The position numbers and the translations under genes were made by a program. DNA of 42,640 nt, from assembly GCA_964345335.1 (NCBI GenBank), contig CAYFQU010000003.1, forward strand, positions 4,294 through 46,933, given 5' to 3'. Below, one piece after another: positions 8,709 through 18,973 of this stretch (its first letter is position 1; every line of letters starts with the position of its first letter). The notes under the pieces were generated by a model. It was not told the origin of the DNA and did not search any database. It saw nothing but the letters and a program-made list of their open reading frames with translations. The DNA comes from an uncultured Mageeibacillus sp. (GTDB lineage Bacteria; Bacillota; Clostridia; Saccharofermentanales; DTU023).

Positions 8709-9968
8709 TTAATCTAAATCATGCAAAATAGGTGCGATAATACCCAGATCTATTTCTCTGATCTTAAAAACAATATCCGCTCCCTGATCTGTATAGGCGA
8801 GGCTTTCAATTAGGGCAAATTTCTGTAATTCCGCCGTGATATTGCCATATTCATAAGGTATCAATAAATGGAAAGGCAGCATACTCTCTTTCGGAATTGC
8901 GATAATTTTTTGTTTTAACGCTTCAATACCTATTTTTTCTTTGGCTGAAATAAAGAATCGATTTAATTCAGGACGGCTGACTTCTTTTAAATGACGAACT
9001 TTTTCCCGGTCAACAAGTTCTATTTTATTAAAAACCTGAATTCTCGGTTTTTGATCTGCCTCAAGTTCTTCCAATTGTCTTTCCACAATATCCATCTGTG
9101 CTTGATATTCAGGATCGGAAAGGTCGGTTACCTGCAGAATAATATCCGCATGAGTCACTTCATCTAAAGTAGATTGAAAAGCTTCAATTAAATGATGCGG
9201 TAATTTTCTGATAAAACCGACCGTATCAATCAAAATAATCGGAATGTCCGCGTCTTTTAATTTTCTGGCTGTCGGATCCAAGGTGGCAAAAACCTGATCC
9301 ATTGTCAATAAATCTGAATCACAAAGTGCATTTAACAAAGTTGACTTGCCGGCATTGGTATAACCGACCACGGCAACTTTTGTCACAGCATTGCGTTCAC
9401 GATAATTTCTGGTCAAAATACGCTGTCTGCGCACTTCTTTTAATTTTTCTCGCAAAAATTTAATGCGGCGTTGAATATGGCGCCGATCCGATTCCAGTTT
9501 TGTTTCACCGGGTCCTCTTGTACCGATTCCGCCGCCCAGTCTGGATAAAGCCTTGCCGGCACCGACTAATCTGGTTGCCCGATCATTTAACTGGGCAATC
9601 TCCACCTGCAGACAACCCTCTTTTGTCTTTGCGTGCAAAGCAAAAATATCTAAAATAATTAATGTTCTGTCCAATACGTTCAAATCCGTTAGCTCACTGA
9701 TATTACGCATCTGTGAACCGCTTAAGCTCAGATCAAGAACGATCGTTTCGGCTTCTAAATCTTTAGCCAGGTCTGCTACTTCCAATAATTTACCGGATCC
9801 GGCTGCATAAGTTGAATCCAGACGACTTTTATATTGAATGGCCTCACCCACAATCTCCAAGCCTGCTGTTTCGGCCAATTCAATCAATTCCCGTAAAGAG
9901 TTCTCCGCCAGTTCTTTGGCATGAAATTCTTCATTGGTGTAAACTCCTAAAACAATTGCTTTACTCAT
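8709..9968 (-). CDS. hflX: GTPase HflX
   Basis: 419 aa. HflX N-terminal domain plus G-domain motifs GYTNAGKSTLLNAL (G1) and DTVGF (G3). Confidence 0.9.
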   Translation of the reverse strand: MSKAIVLGVYTNEEFHAKELAENSLRELIELAETAGLEIVGEAIQYKSRLDSTYAAGSGKLLEVADLAKDLEAETIVLDLSLSGSQMRNISELTDLNVLDRTLIILDIFALHAKTKEGCLQVEIAQLNDRATRLVGAGKALSRLGGGIGTRGPGETKLESDRRHIQRRIKFLREKLKEVRRQRILTRNYRERNAVTKVAVVGYTNAGKSTLLNALCDSDLLTMDQVFATLDPTARKLKDADIPIILIDTVGFIRKLPHHLIEAFQSTLDEVTHADIILQVTDLSDPEYQAQMDIVERQLEELEADQKPRIQVFNKIELVDREKVRHLKEVSRPELNRFFISAKEKIGIEALKQKIIAIPKESMLPFHLLIPYEYGNITAELQKFALIESLAYTDQGADIVFKIREIDLGIIAPILHDLD

Positions 9969-10548
9969 CTAAGGATTTATTGTCTCCGTATCGGGCTAAA
10001 GTTTGACTCACAATTTTATCAAACTGATCATAAGTGATCTGATCATCAAAAAAATATTCCGCCTTCAAAGCTTCTTTGCCAAATGCTTCCTGATAAGCAA
10101 TATGGATCGCAGCCAGCATTTGATTTCTCCAGAAAGTATCTGTCATTTCCAATAATGCCGGCACAATCAAGTGATAAACTTCATCTCCTGCCTTACTTGC
10201 CACTTCATCCGCTTTCATTTTCAGCAGATTGAACAGTTTAGAGCCATAATGTGAATCTGTCGCACAGGATTCCTGATATATTTTTGCTGAATCCACAATG
10301 TTTTCAAAAATAACTTTTTCCGCCAAAGCTCGATTTTCATCAAGCAAGGCTTGTATAGCCTTTTGGGTAAAGAACTGCTCTAACTCTCTTTCCTGACGTT
10401 TAATTACTTTCAAAGAATTTCTTTGGGCAATGGCGATTTTTAAATTTAACCATTGTCCAATAAACAAATCTGCTTCTGTATTTGTTCTGCGATTAATTTT
10501 TTTGAAACGAATTTGCCGTATTTTTTCTCTAGCCATGTCTAAGCTCAT
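9961..10548 (-). CDS. Hypothetical protein, predicted all-helical, coupled between murJ and hflX
   Basis: 195 aa with no recognisable motifs. Its start lies 4 nt after the murJ stop and its stop overlaps the hflX start by 8 nt. Confidence 0.45.
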   Translation of the reverse strand: MSLDMAREKIRQIRFKKINRRTNTEADLFIGQWLNLKIAIAQRNSLKVIKRQERELEQFFTQKAIQALLDENRALAEKVIFENIVDSAKIYQESCATDSHYGSKLFNLLKMKADEVASKAGDEVYHLIVPALLEMTDTFWRNQMLAAIHIAYQEAFGKEALKAEYFFDDQITYDQFDKIVSQTLARYGDNKSLDE

Positions 10549-10551
10549 TTT

Positions 10552-12246
10552 TTATCTCCTTGTCTGCTGTATTTTAGATCTGCCGAATTTTCCTAAAATC
10601 ATAGCTTGTAGATCTCTTGTTTCCTTTAAATTAATCGATATGCCGGCTATATAGAAAACGACAATACCGACTGATCCTTTAATCAAATAAAGCATAATCT
10701 GTAATAATTTACTGGTTGTATAAGAACTGAACACATTCAATGCGGATAAAACAACGACAGTGACAATCACACAATAAGCTATTTTGATTAAAAAAGGTAA
10801 AATCCGATATGGCTTCGCTTTGGGGTTATGGATCTTATATAAAGTATATATGATCAAAGCACCGATAATGCTATAAGAAGCATGTGCCATCGCAATTCCG
10901 TTAATCCCGAAATCAAATACTTTCGTATATAGAATACAAAAAATCGGATTTAAAATTAAAGTGACTATGCCATAGAACAGAGCTGTCTTGGTAACTTTTC
11001 TCGCATAAAAAGCTTGATTGGTCATATAAATAACAGTTTGAGCAATCAAACTGACACAAAACCAACGTAAAATATTACCGACAATGGCTACATCTTCCAT
11101 GGTATATTCCTGGGCGTTCCATTGAAAAATCAATTGGATCGTCTCAAAACTCAGCACATAGAAAATTGCCGCAATAGGTGCGATATAAAAAATTGCTTTG
11201 CGAATACTTTTTGTAAACAATACCCTGACTTTTTTAAAATCCCTTTTGGCATAAAAGCCGGTCATATTCGGCAGCATAACCGTGCCGATCGCTACGGCGA
11301 CAATACCATAAGGCAGCATAAAGGCCTGTTCGGCATGTCTGATCGCAGTTGCCGCACCTACGAATTGATTAGTAAACCAATTCATAATTAAGGAATTTAA
11401 GTGCAATACGGATCCGGAAATCAAAGTCGGAATAGCTAATAACAATAAGCGCTTAAATCCGGGATCGCGATAATCAAAACTTAAATGAAAATATCTGATT
11501 TCATGTCGTGATAGAACCAACTGATAAAGAAAATAAGCAAAAGCAGATCCGACAACACCCCAAGCAACATTTCTTAAACCCTTTTCGCTTTGTTCGCCCA
11601 AAGTCAGCAAGACAATCATATAGAGGATGTTATAAATCATGACGCCGAAAGCCGCTAAACCGAATCGCTTATAAGCATTCAGCACTCCTTGAGTCAAAGA
11701 AATCAAAGTCATGAACACACATTGTAAAAGCAAAATTCGAGATACCGGTATAGCTGCCTGAATCACCTCTTCCGCTTTTCCCGGATTGACGGCCGGCAAA
11801 AGCCAGGGCATGATCAAACCGACCAAAAGTAAAACCACGATCATCGTGGCGCTGGCCAGCGTGATAAATGTGCTAACCGATTTCCAAACCCTCTTTTCCT
11901 GATTGTTTTCAATTCCGCCGGACAGAGTTGGCGTGATAGCGGCCGCTACGGCACCACCGATCAATAAGGCATATAAAAAATCCGGAATAAAAAAGGCAAC
12001 ATAATAAGGATCCGAATACATACCGAATCCCAATTTAGGCGCGACCAGAACCTCTCGTAAAAAGCCGGTAATTTTGGCCATAAAGAAACCGATCATCGAG
12101 ATGATCGTCGCTTTGGCTATGTCCTCAGCAGTATTTGCTTTGATATTATGAGTTCTCCTATGTTTACGGAATAAAGCAGGAGATTTTACTTTTCTATTTT
12201 TATCAGAGTGCTCATCTTCAGAGATGTACAAATTATCTTCCTCCAA
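10552..12246 (-). CDS. murJ: Lipid II flippase MurJ (MviN family)
   Basis: 564 aa multi-pass membrane protein. The conserved MurJ N-terminal region (ISMIGFFMAKITGFLREVLVAPKLGF) follows a Lys/Arg-rich extension of about 45 aa. Confidence 0.75.
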   Translation of the reverse strand: MEEDNLYISEDEHSDKNRKVKSPALFRKHRRTHNIKANTAEDIAKATIISMIGFFMAKITGFLREVLVAPKLGFGMYSDPYYVAFFIPDFLYALLIGGAVAAAITPTLSGGIENNQEKRVWKSVSTFITLASATMIVVLLLVGLIMPWLLPAVNPGKAEEVIQAAIPVSRILLLQCVFMTLISLTQGVLNAYKRFGLAAFGVMIYNILYMIVLLTLGEQSEKGLRNVAWGVVGSAFAYFLYQLVLSRHEIRYFHLSFDYRDPGFKRLLLLAIPTLISGSVLHLNSLIMNWFTNQFVGAATAIRHAEQAFMLPYGIVAVAIGTVMLPNMTGFYAKRDFKKVRVLFTKSIRKAIFYIAPIAAIFYVLSFETIQLIFQWNAQEYTMEDVAIVGNILRWFCVSLIAQTVIYMTNQAFYARKVTKTALFYGIVTLILNPIFCILYTKVFDFGINGIAMAHASYSIIGALIIYTLYKIHNPKAKPYRILPFLIKIAYCVIVTVVVLSALNVFSSYTTSKLLQIMLYLIKGSVGIVVFYIAGISINLKETRDLQAMILGKFGRSKIQQTRR

Positions 12247-12282
12247 AATAAAATCACAGTAATTTTAACATTTTATTATCAA

Positions 12283-13812
12283 TTAACCGAATAAAGCAAA
12301 TAATTCCGACATTTCAGAATGTATATTCTCCAAATTCCATAAAAATAATGTACAAGCTAAAGCATCTGCTATCCCCCCGAAAGTCAGCTGATGCGCTGAA
12401 ATCAGTTCATCCAGCTGTTCTAATTCATATTTCATCAGTCCCGGGGTCAATGGTTTTTGCATGATGAGTGCTAATCGAGATTGAATTTGTTTCGCTGTTT
12501 CTAATTGATCATAGCGAATTGCCCTGCTCAGGAATGTAGTATCCTGTAATTGATTAGCTAAAAATAACCAAGTGTATAAACCGGCATCATTAAAATCCCA
12601 ATGTTCCCGCAGACGATCCCTCAAGATCTTCTGCGCCGCAAAACAAATCGCATAACCACTCTCTGCCAGCCCTCTTGCACCTTTTATCTGAAATTGTAAA
12701 AATAATTTTTCTCCGTTTGTCAGATTTTGTGCTGCTTGATTTTTTTGTTCTGCCAGTATCTGTAAATCTTGCATTGCCAGAGAGCCCCATTTTGCCGTAA
12801 TATTTTTAATTTCTTCTGCGTCAGGCAGTAAATTCACCATGGATTTTACTTGTAGGGTTTCAGCTGTTAATTTTTGCTGCAGCAAACAACCATAGGCTCC
12901 CAATAGCAGACCGAAAGAAAAAATAATACCTTTTTGGGTATTGATCTGATCGGTTGCCTTTAACATCTGTACTTCGGCATATCTGCCTGCCCGGCGTAAT
13001 TGCTTAAATAAAACTTCAATATTTTGCCCTTTCCTTCCGAGATAAAAACATTCGCGAAAATAAGCAAGCAAGCAAACACTGCTTTTAATAAAAGTAAAGC
13101 GGCTCATATCTGTATGTGAACCGTGATTTTGCAAATCGACCAAACCCGGTTTCGGCGTGATCATTATTTCTGATAAAATTGCATTTGCGGCGGCATCGAT
13201 CACTTTTTTCGCCAGTGCAGAAAAAATGAACTCTCTCAGCCAATGTTCAATTTCATCGGCCAATTCCTCAAGGGAATGCCTTCTGCTTCTGGCACAAAAA
13301 AAAGCTTCCCGCTCACAGAGAAAACATTGACGGGGCCGCAATTCATTATCAGAAATTTCCTGTCTGGTAATTTTGCGATAATGCAAATGATTCTCCTGTC
13401 TGGCAGCCGGAACATATAAATCCAAATCAAGCAGCCGATAGGCTTTGCCAGGGCAATTTTCCCAAACAGCGATTTTTCCGTTTTCAAATTCTATCAGTTT
13501 TTCTTTGATCTCAGAACTGAAAACCTGTTTGACATCAAGAATAAAATATGCCTCAATGCCCGTTTTAAACGAATATAGATAATGCGCCCGAAGTTTGATC
13601 TGTTCCGCTTTTAAATAATTCATGAATTGTTCAAAAAGAAGTTTGAAAAAATAATCCGTCAGATTTGACCTTTTATAAGGTCCGGGTATATTGAGCAGCA
13701 TTTGAATAACCGGAGCATTCTGTTCATGAATAAAATTTTCAATGCGTAAAGCTCTCGCTTCTCTGCATTCGGCAAGGCTGTCCGTATCGCAATAAAGATC
13801 TGTATGCGGCAT
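12283..13812 (-). CDS. citXG: Fused CitX-CitG enzyme: holo-ACP synthase (apo-citrate-lyase phosphoribosyl-dephospho-CoA transferase) joined to 2-(5''-triphosphoribosyl)-3'-dephospho-CoA synthase
   Basis: 509 aa. The N-terminal roughly 190 aa match CitX; compare RLLDLDLYVP...RPRQCFLCEREAFFCARSRRHSLEEL with E. coli CitX RLWDIDVLTP...[25 protein letters not shown]. The C-terminal roughly 310 aa carry the CitG/MdcB motif TPKPGLVDLQNHGSHTDM. Confidence 0.75.
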   Translation of the reverse strand: MPHTDLYCDTDSLAECREARALRIENFIHEQNAPVIQMLLNIPGPYKRSNLTDYFFKLLFEQFMNYLKAEQIKLRAHYLYSFKTGIEAYFILDVKQVFSSEIKEKLIEFENGKIAVWENCPGKAYRLLDLDLYVPAARQENHLHYRKITRQEISDNELRPRQCFLCEREAFFCARSRRHSLEELADEIEHWLREFIFSALAKKVIDAAANAILSEIMITPKPGLVDLQNHGSHTDMSRFTFIKSSVCLLAYFRECFYLGRKGQNIEVLFKQLRRAGRYAEVQMLKATDQINTQKGIIFSFGLLLGAYGCLLQQKLTAETLQVKSMVNLLPDAEEIKNITAKWGSLAMQDLQILAEQKNQAAQNLTNGEKLFLQFQIKGARGLAESGYAICFAAQKILRDRLREHWDFNDAGLYTWLFLANQLQDTTFLSRAIRYDQLETAKQIQSRLALIMQKPLTPGLMKYELEQLDELISAHQLTFGGIADALACTLFLWNLENIHSEMSELFALFG

Positions 13813-13813
13813 T

Positions 13814-14743
13814 TTAATAGTCCAAAGTGATTTGATTCATCAAACCTAAATCTTGATTATAATCAACCCCGACAATGCCGACTAATAGATAGCGCTTGGT
13901 GAAATCATCAATTAAAAACTCTTTGTGCAAACTGAATTTTTTAATTTGGCCGGTCGACTCCGCCTGCATTCTCGGTCCGGTACAATAGTGCAAATATTCT
14001 CCGATATTGACATGCATTTCATCCTGATAAGAAATCGGCAAATCCAAATCTATCAAATGTTTAACTTTCGCTTCCAATTCCTGAATATCAAAATTAGGCT
14101 TTTCTTCAAAAGAGATGATGAAACCATGTCTGACATCCCCATGCGAATATTGCCCGACATGATATTCTTGCAGGCAATGTTCCACCAATAATTCCGCAGA
14201 TGCCGTATGTCTTCTGTTTTTAATGGATTTAAAAACAATGCGGGATATCATGTCCGGCTCCGGGCCGAATATATTGGGTCTGGTAATGATGATCTCCTCA
14301 CCGACGCCGATCAATAAATGAGCATTGATGCCCAAAATCGGATAAATTAAATCAAAATGTTCAACAATGACACGATCATGCCTTTTTAGAGCTCTTTTAA
14401 TCGCATCGGCGATCACGTGCAATTGGGTAAAAGCTGATTCAAAGCGAATATCAACATGATAAGTATGAGGTCTGAAAAAGCCGTGCTCATCAACATCAAG
14501 CAAGGGCAAAGGTCTGATATTGACGCCGTTGTCATCATTGGTCAATTCAAGACCCGGAAACATCCCTTTGATCAACATACTTTTACCTGATCCGCTTTCG
14601 CCGATCACCCCGATTAACAAATCAAAAGGGCTCATATATTGCTGAGCAATTTGCATCCCCTGATCCGCCATTCGAACATATCCTCGGGGTGCTAAATGAA
14701 CACTGTATAAATGACTTCTCTGCATTCTATCAGAATAAGACAT
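13814..14743 (-). CDS. Uncharacterised P-loop NTPase, translationally coupled to citXG
   Basis: 309 aa. Walker A GVIGESGSGKSM at residues 45-56 resembles OppD-type or dephospho-CoA-kinase-type P-loops, but there is no ABC signature and no other recognisable domain. AGGAGG ribosome-binding site. Its stop lies 1 nt from the citXG start. Confidence 0.5.
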   Translation of the reverse strand: MSYSDRMQRSHLYSVHLAPRGYVRMADQGMQIAQQYMSPFDLLIGVIGESGSGKSMLIKGMFPGLELTNDDNGVNIRPLPLLDVDEHGFFRPHTYHVDIRFESAFTQLHVIADAIKRALKRHDRVIVEHFDLIYPILGINAHLLIGVGEEIIITRPNIFGPEPDMISRIVFKSIKNRRHTASAELLVEHCLQEYHVGQYSHGDVRHGFIISFEEKPNFDIQELEAKVKHLIDLDLPISYQDEMHVNIGEYLHYCTGPRMQAESTGQIKKFSLHKEFLIDDFTKRYLLVGIVGVDYNQDLGLMNQITLDY

Positions 14744-14771
14744 GATGACCTCCTGTTGACAACCATTATTG

Positions 14772-14803
14772 CTTTATATTCCTTATAGCAAAGGAATATA
14801 AAG
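14772..14803. promoter_or_regulatory. Perfect 13-bp inverted repeat (CTTTATATTCCTT-N6-AAGGAATATAAAG) between mal and the P-loop gene
   Basis: Read directly from the sequence. Neither strand has a T-tract after it, so it is not a classical intrinsic terminator. It could be an operator, an RNA-processing site or an attenuator hairpin. Confidence 0.4.
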
Positions 14804-14860
14804 CAAAATTCTCATCGATAAAGCTATGATTTTATTAACCAAACAATCGCCAATAAAAAT

Positions 14861-16105
14861 TTAGGATAGAGCGGCTTTCATTGCTAAAATTCTCTGCATT
14901 TCATTATAGACGATCATATAACCTTCATCGACACCCATGCCGGGTTTTGCCAAAATCTGATCGGGATTGATTCCCATCGCAATTTGCGTGCATATTCTTG
15001 CAGAGTAATCTGTTTCATTACAGGTGCCGCCCATATAAGCCAGTACATGATGCTCTTTACAATAGATCACAGCTTCCGCAATATTATTCACCCCGCCTAA
15101 ATCCGGAGTTTTAATTTGGATCATATGGCCGGCTTTCGCTTCGGCAAAAAGTTTAATATCCTCCAAAGTATTACACCATTCATCAGCCACCAGAATAACC
15201 GGAATTTTTCTTTCATCTAATAAAGCTGTCAAATTCTTCAAATTGGTCATCACTTCTTCACGATTATGACCGTCTAAAGGACCTTCTATTTGCAATTGAA
15301 ACGGCTTGCATAATTCGGCTAACTCCGATAAATAATCAGCCATCACGGAATAATTTGTTTCGCCGAATAATTCACCGATTGTACCATAGACATCAATATG
15401 GATAATCGGTTGATAATCAGCATCATGGCGTAAGTGGATAATTCTTTCTTTTAACCAGCTCACATACTCTTTCAGAATTTCGCCATGTTCGCCCAGTTTT
15501 GTTTTGACATTATTGATCAATGCATGAGGTAAAACATCCGCTTCTTTAATGATCATCTTATCGGCATTGCTGTGACGATCATCACCGCTTTGGGTAAAAA
15601 TCGGAATGGCTTTGGCGGCAACTTGATTATGGTATTCTTCGGCGATCACATCGCAGATCATAACATGCTTCGCTTTGGCAACAGCATCTAAAAGAGCCTG
15701 ACTGAAACCGTAACGGATGGCTGTATGCAGCCTTTTGCCGTTAATTTTAATCTGTTCTAACTCTTCCGCCATTTCCCGAAAACAGGTAATTTCCTTATTT
15801 TCATATATAGGTATTAAATATTGCTCAATCATCGGCAGAAAATCTTTTGCTATGAACAGCGGATCTCTGCCGCCGGCACCGGAATATTGCACCGCTGCAC
15901 AATCGCCCTGTGCAATTTGTCCGTCTTCCAAAATCAACATAACCGAGATCGATTCTCCGGCTTGACGAACGGCTTTGAAACCTTCTGTTTCAACCTCTCC
16001 GACCAAGGCGAAACCATCATTTTTCGCACCATGCTTGATGGCTAATTGATCATCAAAGTAAAAACCTGATTTGCCTGCAGAACATATTACCTTTTTAATT
16101 TTCAT
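14861..16105 (-). CDS. Methylaspartate ammonia-lyase (beta-methylaspartase)
   Basis: 414 aa. Strong identity along its length to Clostridium tetanomorphum MAL as I recall it (GESISVMLILEDGQIAQGDCAAVQYSGAGGRDPLF, KEADVLPHALINN, HMIQIKTPDLGGVNNI). Confidence 0.9.
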   Translation of the reverse strand: MKIKKVICSAGKSGFYFDDQLAIKHGAKNDGFALVGEVETEGFKAVRQAGESISVMLILEDGQIAQGDCAAVQYSGAGGRDPLFIAKDFLPMIEQYLIPIYENKEITCFREMAEELEQIKINGKRLHTAIRYGFSQALLDAVAKAKHVMICDVIAEEYHNQVAAKAIPIFTQSGDDRHSNADKMIIKEADVLPHALINNVKTKLGEHGEILKEYVSWLKERIIHLRHDADYQPIIHIDVYGTIGELFGETNYSVMADYLSELAELCKPFQLQIEGPLDGHNREEVMTNLKNLTALLDERKIPVILVADEWCNTLEDIKLFAEAKAGHMIQIKTPDLGGVNNIAEAVIYCKEHHVLAYMGGTCNETDYSARICTQIAMGINPDQILAKPGMGVDEGYMIVYNEMQRILAMKAALS

Positions 16106-16142
16106 ATCTATATCCTCTCAAAATTAAATGTCCTTTTATCAT

Positions 16143-17594
16143 TTATCTGGGTCTTCCGACCAAGCGACCTTTGCTGATCGCATAAACATCGTCAATTACC
16201 ATCTGGAAAGAAGCTTCTCTTTTTTCATACTTTGCTCTTTCCGCCATTTTTCTTTGATGAAACTCTTTAAGCTCCGCCGTAAAAGGTATGTTCCCCATAT
16301 TAAAAACACGAATGGCACCTTCATTATCTCGTGCCGGCAGCATTTTGCCTGCATTATAACGGCTCGGAGCGAACGGTATATCGATAACGCCGGCCTGTAT
16401 GGCACGAATCGCACCGAGAGCAATATCTCCTTCGCCCAATTCCAGACATTTATTGACGACACAGCGTGTTTCGGAAGAAATGATCACCTTTTCATCGAGT
16501 ACATCCTCCGTATTCAGGAGCTGATCGTGCAGCATGCTGATAATCTGTTTGGTCGTTCTTAAACCGGCTGCATTCGCTTCTTTCGTCGGCACACCCAGCG
16601 CTTCATGCGGCGTTTTCACAATAACTTTCGTCGCATGGGATAAGGCCGCTACAACGGAGCCCCAGGCGATCACGGAATAAGCTTTCGCTTCATCCTGCGG
16701 GAAGCCGCCCATCCATTGATGTAAAACAGTCGTCACTTCCACATCGCCATAACCGAAACGATGTAAATATTCTTCGGTCAAGATTTTCAAAGTTTGCAAA
16801 GCGGCTACATCCTGGACTAAATTGCCGCATTGCCCATAGCCTACCGTAATGTTCTTCACGCCTTGTTCAGCCGCCAAAAGGCTTTCGATAATAGCGACCG
16901 AATGAGAAATAAAAGGCGGAACCAAAGTTCCTGTCAAAGGACCGTAGGGTTCACGATTGATCGGAGCTCCTGCTTCCTCGTAAATACCGGTCAAACGATC
17001 AACATACTGCCAATCGCGAATTGTTTCTTCCAAGGATACATTTTTGGCATAAGGTATATTATAAGAAATACCGCCGCCTTCATATGAAGTAAAACCTCCG
17101 GCATAGGTAATTTCGGTTAAAAGGCGGGCATCCGGTGTGCCGTGACGAATCTGCACCGGTATATCCAGGCTTTCAATGATCTGACGGCAACTGTTAACAC
17201 CATGATTGACAGCAGGAAAGCCATTCAACATCGATTTTGAATTTTTGATACTTTCCTCTATTCCGATTTCCGCTTCTTTATAACGATTTTGTCTGGTATA
17301 GCTGTCAATTGTCGTCGGCAGAAGATCTGCTTCGCCTTCATTTTGTAAATAGGTTAATAAGTCAATATGTTCTCTGATCAGGGCAACGCCTGCTCTGGGC
17401 TGAATTAAAGTATCACCGGCTGCTTTTGCTTTACTCAATTTCAAACTGAAAACTTTATTCTCAGGTAAATTTTTATGAAATTCTATCGCTTCTTCCAGGT
17501 TGACATCTTTGCCAGTCGGCCATTGCTGCAAGACTTCTTCTCTGATTTTATAAAATTCATCATTGCTGATCTTTTGATTTTTTACCTCATTCAC
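16143..17594 (-). CDS. glmE: Glutamate mutase epsilon (E) subunit
   Basis: 483 aa. Near-collinear match to clostridial GlmE/MutE ([80 protein letters not shown]). Confidence 0.9.
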   Translation of the reverse strand: MNEVKNQKISNDEFYKIREEVLQQWPTGKDVNLEEAIEFHKNLPENKVFSLKLSKAKAAGDTLIQPRAGVALIREHIDLLTYLQNEGEADLLPTTIDSYTRQNRYKEAEIGIEESIKNSKSMLNGFPAVNHGVNSCRQIIESLDIPVQIRHGTPDARLLTEITYAGGFTSYEGGGISYNIPYAKNVSLEETIRDWQYVDRLTGIYEEAGAPINREPYGPLTGTLVPPFISHSVAIIESLLAAEQGVKNITVGYGQCGNLVQDVAALQTLKILTEEYLHRFGYGDVEVTTVLHQWMGGFPQDEAKAYSVIAWGSVVAALSHATKVIVKTPHEALGVPTKEANAAGLRTTKQIISMLHDQLLNTEDVLDEKVIISSETRCVVNKCLELGEGDIALGAIRAIQAGVIDIPFAPSRYNAGKMLPARDNEGAIRVFNMGNIPFTAELKEFHQRKMAERAKYEKREASFQMVIDDVYAISKGRLVGRPR

Positions 17595-18963
17595 GATAAA
17601 GCTCCTTATGCATAATTTTTAAGGCTGTTTCAGGATAAGACTCGGCTAGTAATCCCATCGCTGACAGTATATATTTCTGATCTCTGACAATTTGTACTTT
17701 TAACGGTTTTAAAGCTGTCGGACAAGTCATATCAAATTCAATCGCTTCCACAAATTCCGCAGGGTTGTCGGCATGGATTAAGGCACCTCCGGTTAAAATG
17801 GCAGTTTCTACATTTCTTAAATCTTTGCCTTTTTGCATATAAGCTTTACCCATCGGTGTATAGACTTCTTCCAGAGTACCGGCATGGCGCTCCACCGCTT
17901 TTTTGACAGCTAATTTCGCCATGAGCAAATCAAATTCTCTTTCCGCAGAGTTTTCCGGCAAAAGATCCGTATAGCAGGAAAATTTTTGTAATAGCTCTTC
18001 CGTTCTCTGCTCGCTTTGGTGTAACTGTTCGGCAATATAAGAAATTCCATATTCTTCCACAATGCCCCGCAGGGAGTAGCGCATGCCTAAATCACCCTCG
18101 ACTGTTCTTTTCGCAAAAGGCTCTTTGATACCCTTGATAACGGTATTGATATTCTGAGGATTGCCCTCGCAAAAAGAATAAACATCGGTGGTAGCACCGC
18201 CTAAATCGACAGCGAGCAAATCGCCTTTCCCTTTAATGTGCTGATCGCCTAATGACAATAATCGCATCGCTTTCATCATGGCAACCGGTGTCGGCATCAG
18301 AATATTGGAAATCAATGAAGCAATTTTGGAAATTCCCTTTGCTTCAATAATTTTTTCCAAAAAAATCTCACGGATCTTAGCTTGCACCTCTTCGATTTCA
18401 ATTTGCTGGACAGACGGCAATACATTCTTGCAAAAATACACATTTGTATTTTGCAAAATCGTTTTTATGTCATCATAGGTGCTGCGATTGCCGGCCACAA
18501 GAATCGGGAAATCCGGTTTCAGCGCGGCTAATATTTTCGCGTTATGTAAAATACAATCCCGATTTCCTCCATCCGTACCGCCCGTCAACAAAAAGATATC
18601 CGGATTCAATTCAGATATTTCTCTGCCGTCGGAAGAAATCATTTCATGTGCATAAACTTTAATGATTTTCGCCCCTGCGCCAAGGGCAGCTAATCTTGCC
18701 GCCTCCACCGTCAACTCAGGAACCAGGCCAGAAACAATCATCCGCAGACCGCCTGCCGCACTGGAACAGGCCTTCATTTCAGAAAATTCAAGTTTTCCTA
18801 TCTGTTCCCGCAATATATCCATAGCTGTCTGAAAACCGTTTTGCAAATCGGTTTCTACCGTTGTATAAGCAGCGGCGGTGCCAAGAATTTTCGCCTGTTC
18901 TTGATCTACGGCAGTCAATTTTGTCCAGGTGCTGCCGAAATCACATAATAAAACTCTCTTCAT
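17587..18963 (-). CDS. glmL: Glutamate mutase reactivating chaperone GlmL/MutL
   Basis: About 458 aa. [13 protein letters not shown]-terminus of the ASKHA-like fold. Its position between glmS and glmE matches the clostridial mutS-mutL-mutE order. The start is placed at the ATG at 18963 (MKRVLL), 10 nt after the glmS stop. The ORF track's 18987 start overlaps glmS and has no ribosome-binding site. Confidence 0.75.
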   Translation of the reverse strand: MKRVLLCDFGSTWTKLTAVDQEQAKILGTAAAYTTVETDLQNGFQTAMDILREQIGKLEFSEMKACSSAAGGLRMIVSGLVPELTVEAARLAALGAGAKIIKVYAHEMISSDGREISELNPDIFLLTGGTDGGNRDCILHNAKILAALKPDFPILVAGNRSTYDDIKTILQNTNVYFCKNVLPSVQQIEIEEVQAKIREIFLEKIIEAKGISKIASLISNILMPTPVAMMKAMRLLSLGDQHIKGKGDLLAVDLGGATTDVYSFCEGNPQNINTVIKGIKEPFAKRTVEGDLGMRYSLRGIVEEYGISYIAEQLHQSEQRTEELLQKFSCYTDLLPENSAEREFDLLMAKLAVKKAVERHAGTLEEVYTPMGKAYMQKGKDLRNVETAILTGGALIHADNPAEFVEAIEFDMTCPTALKPLKVQIVRDQKYILSAMGLLAESYPETALKIMHKELYRE

Positions 18964-18973
18964 CAAGCACCAA

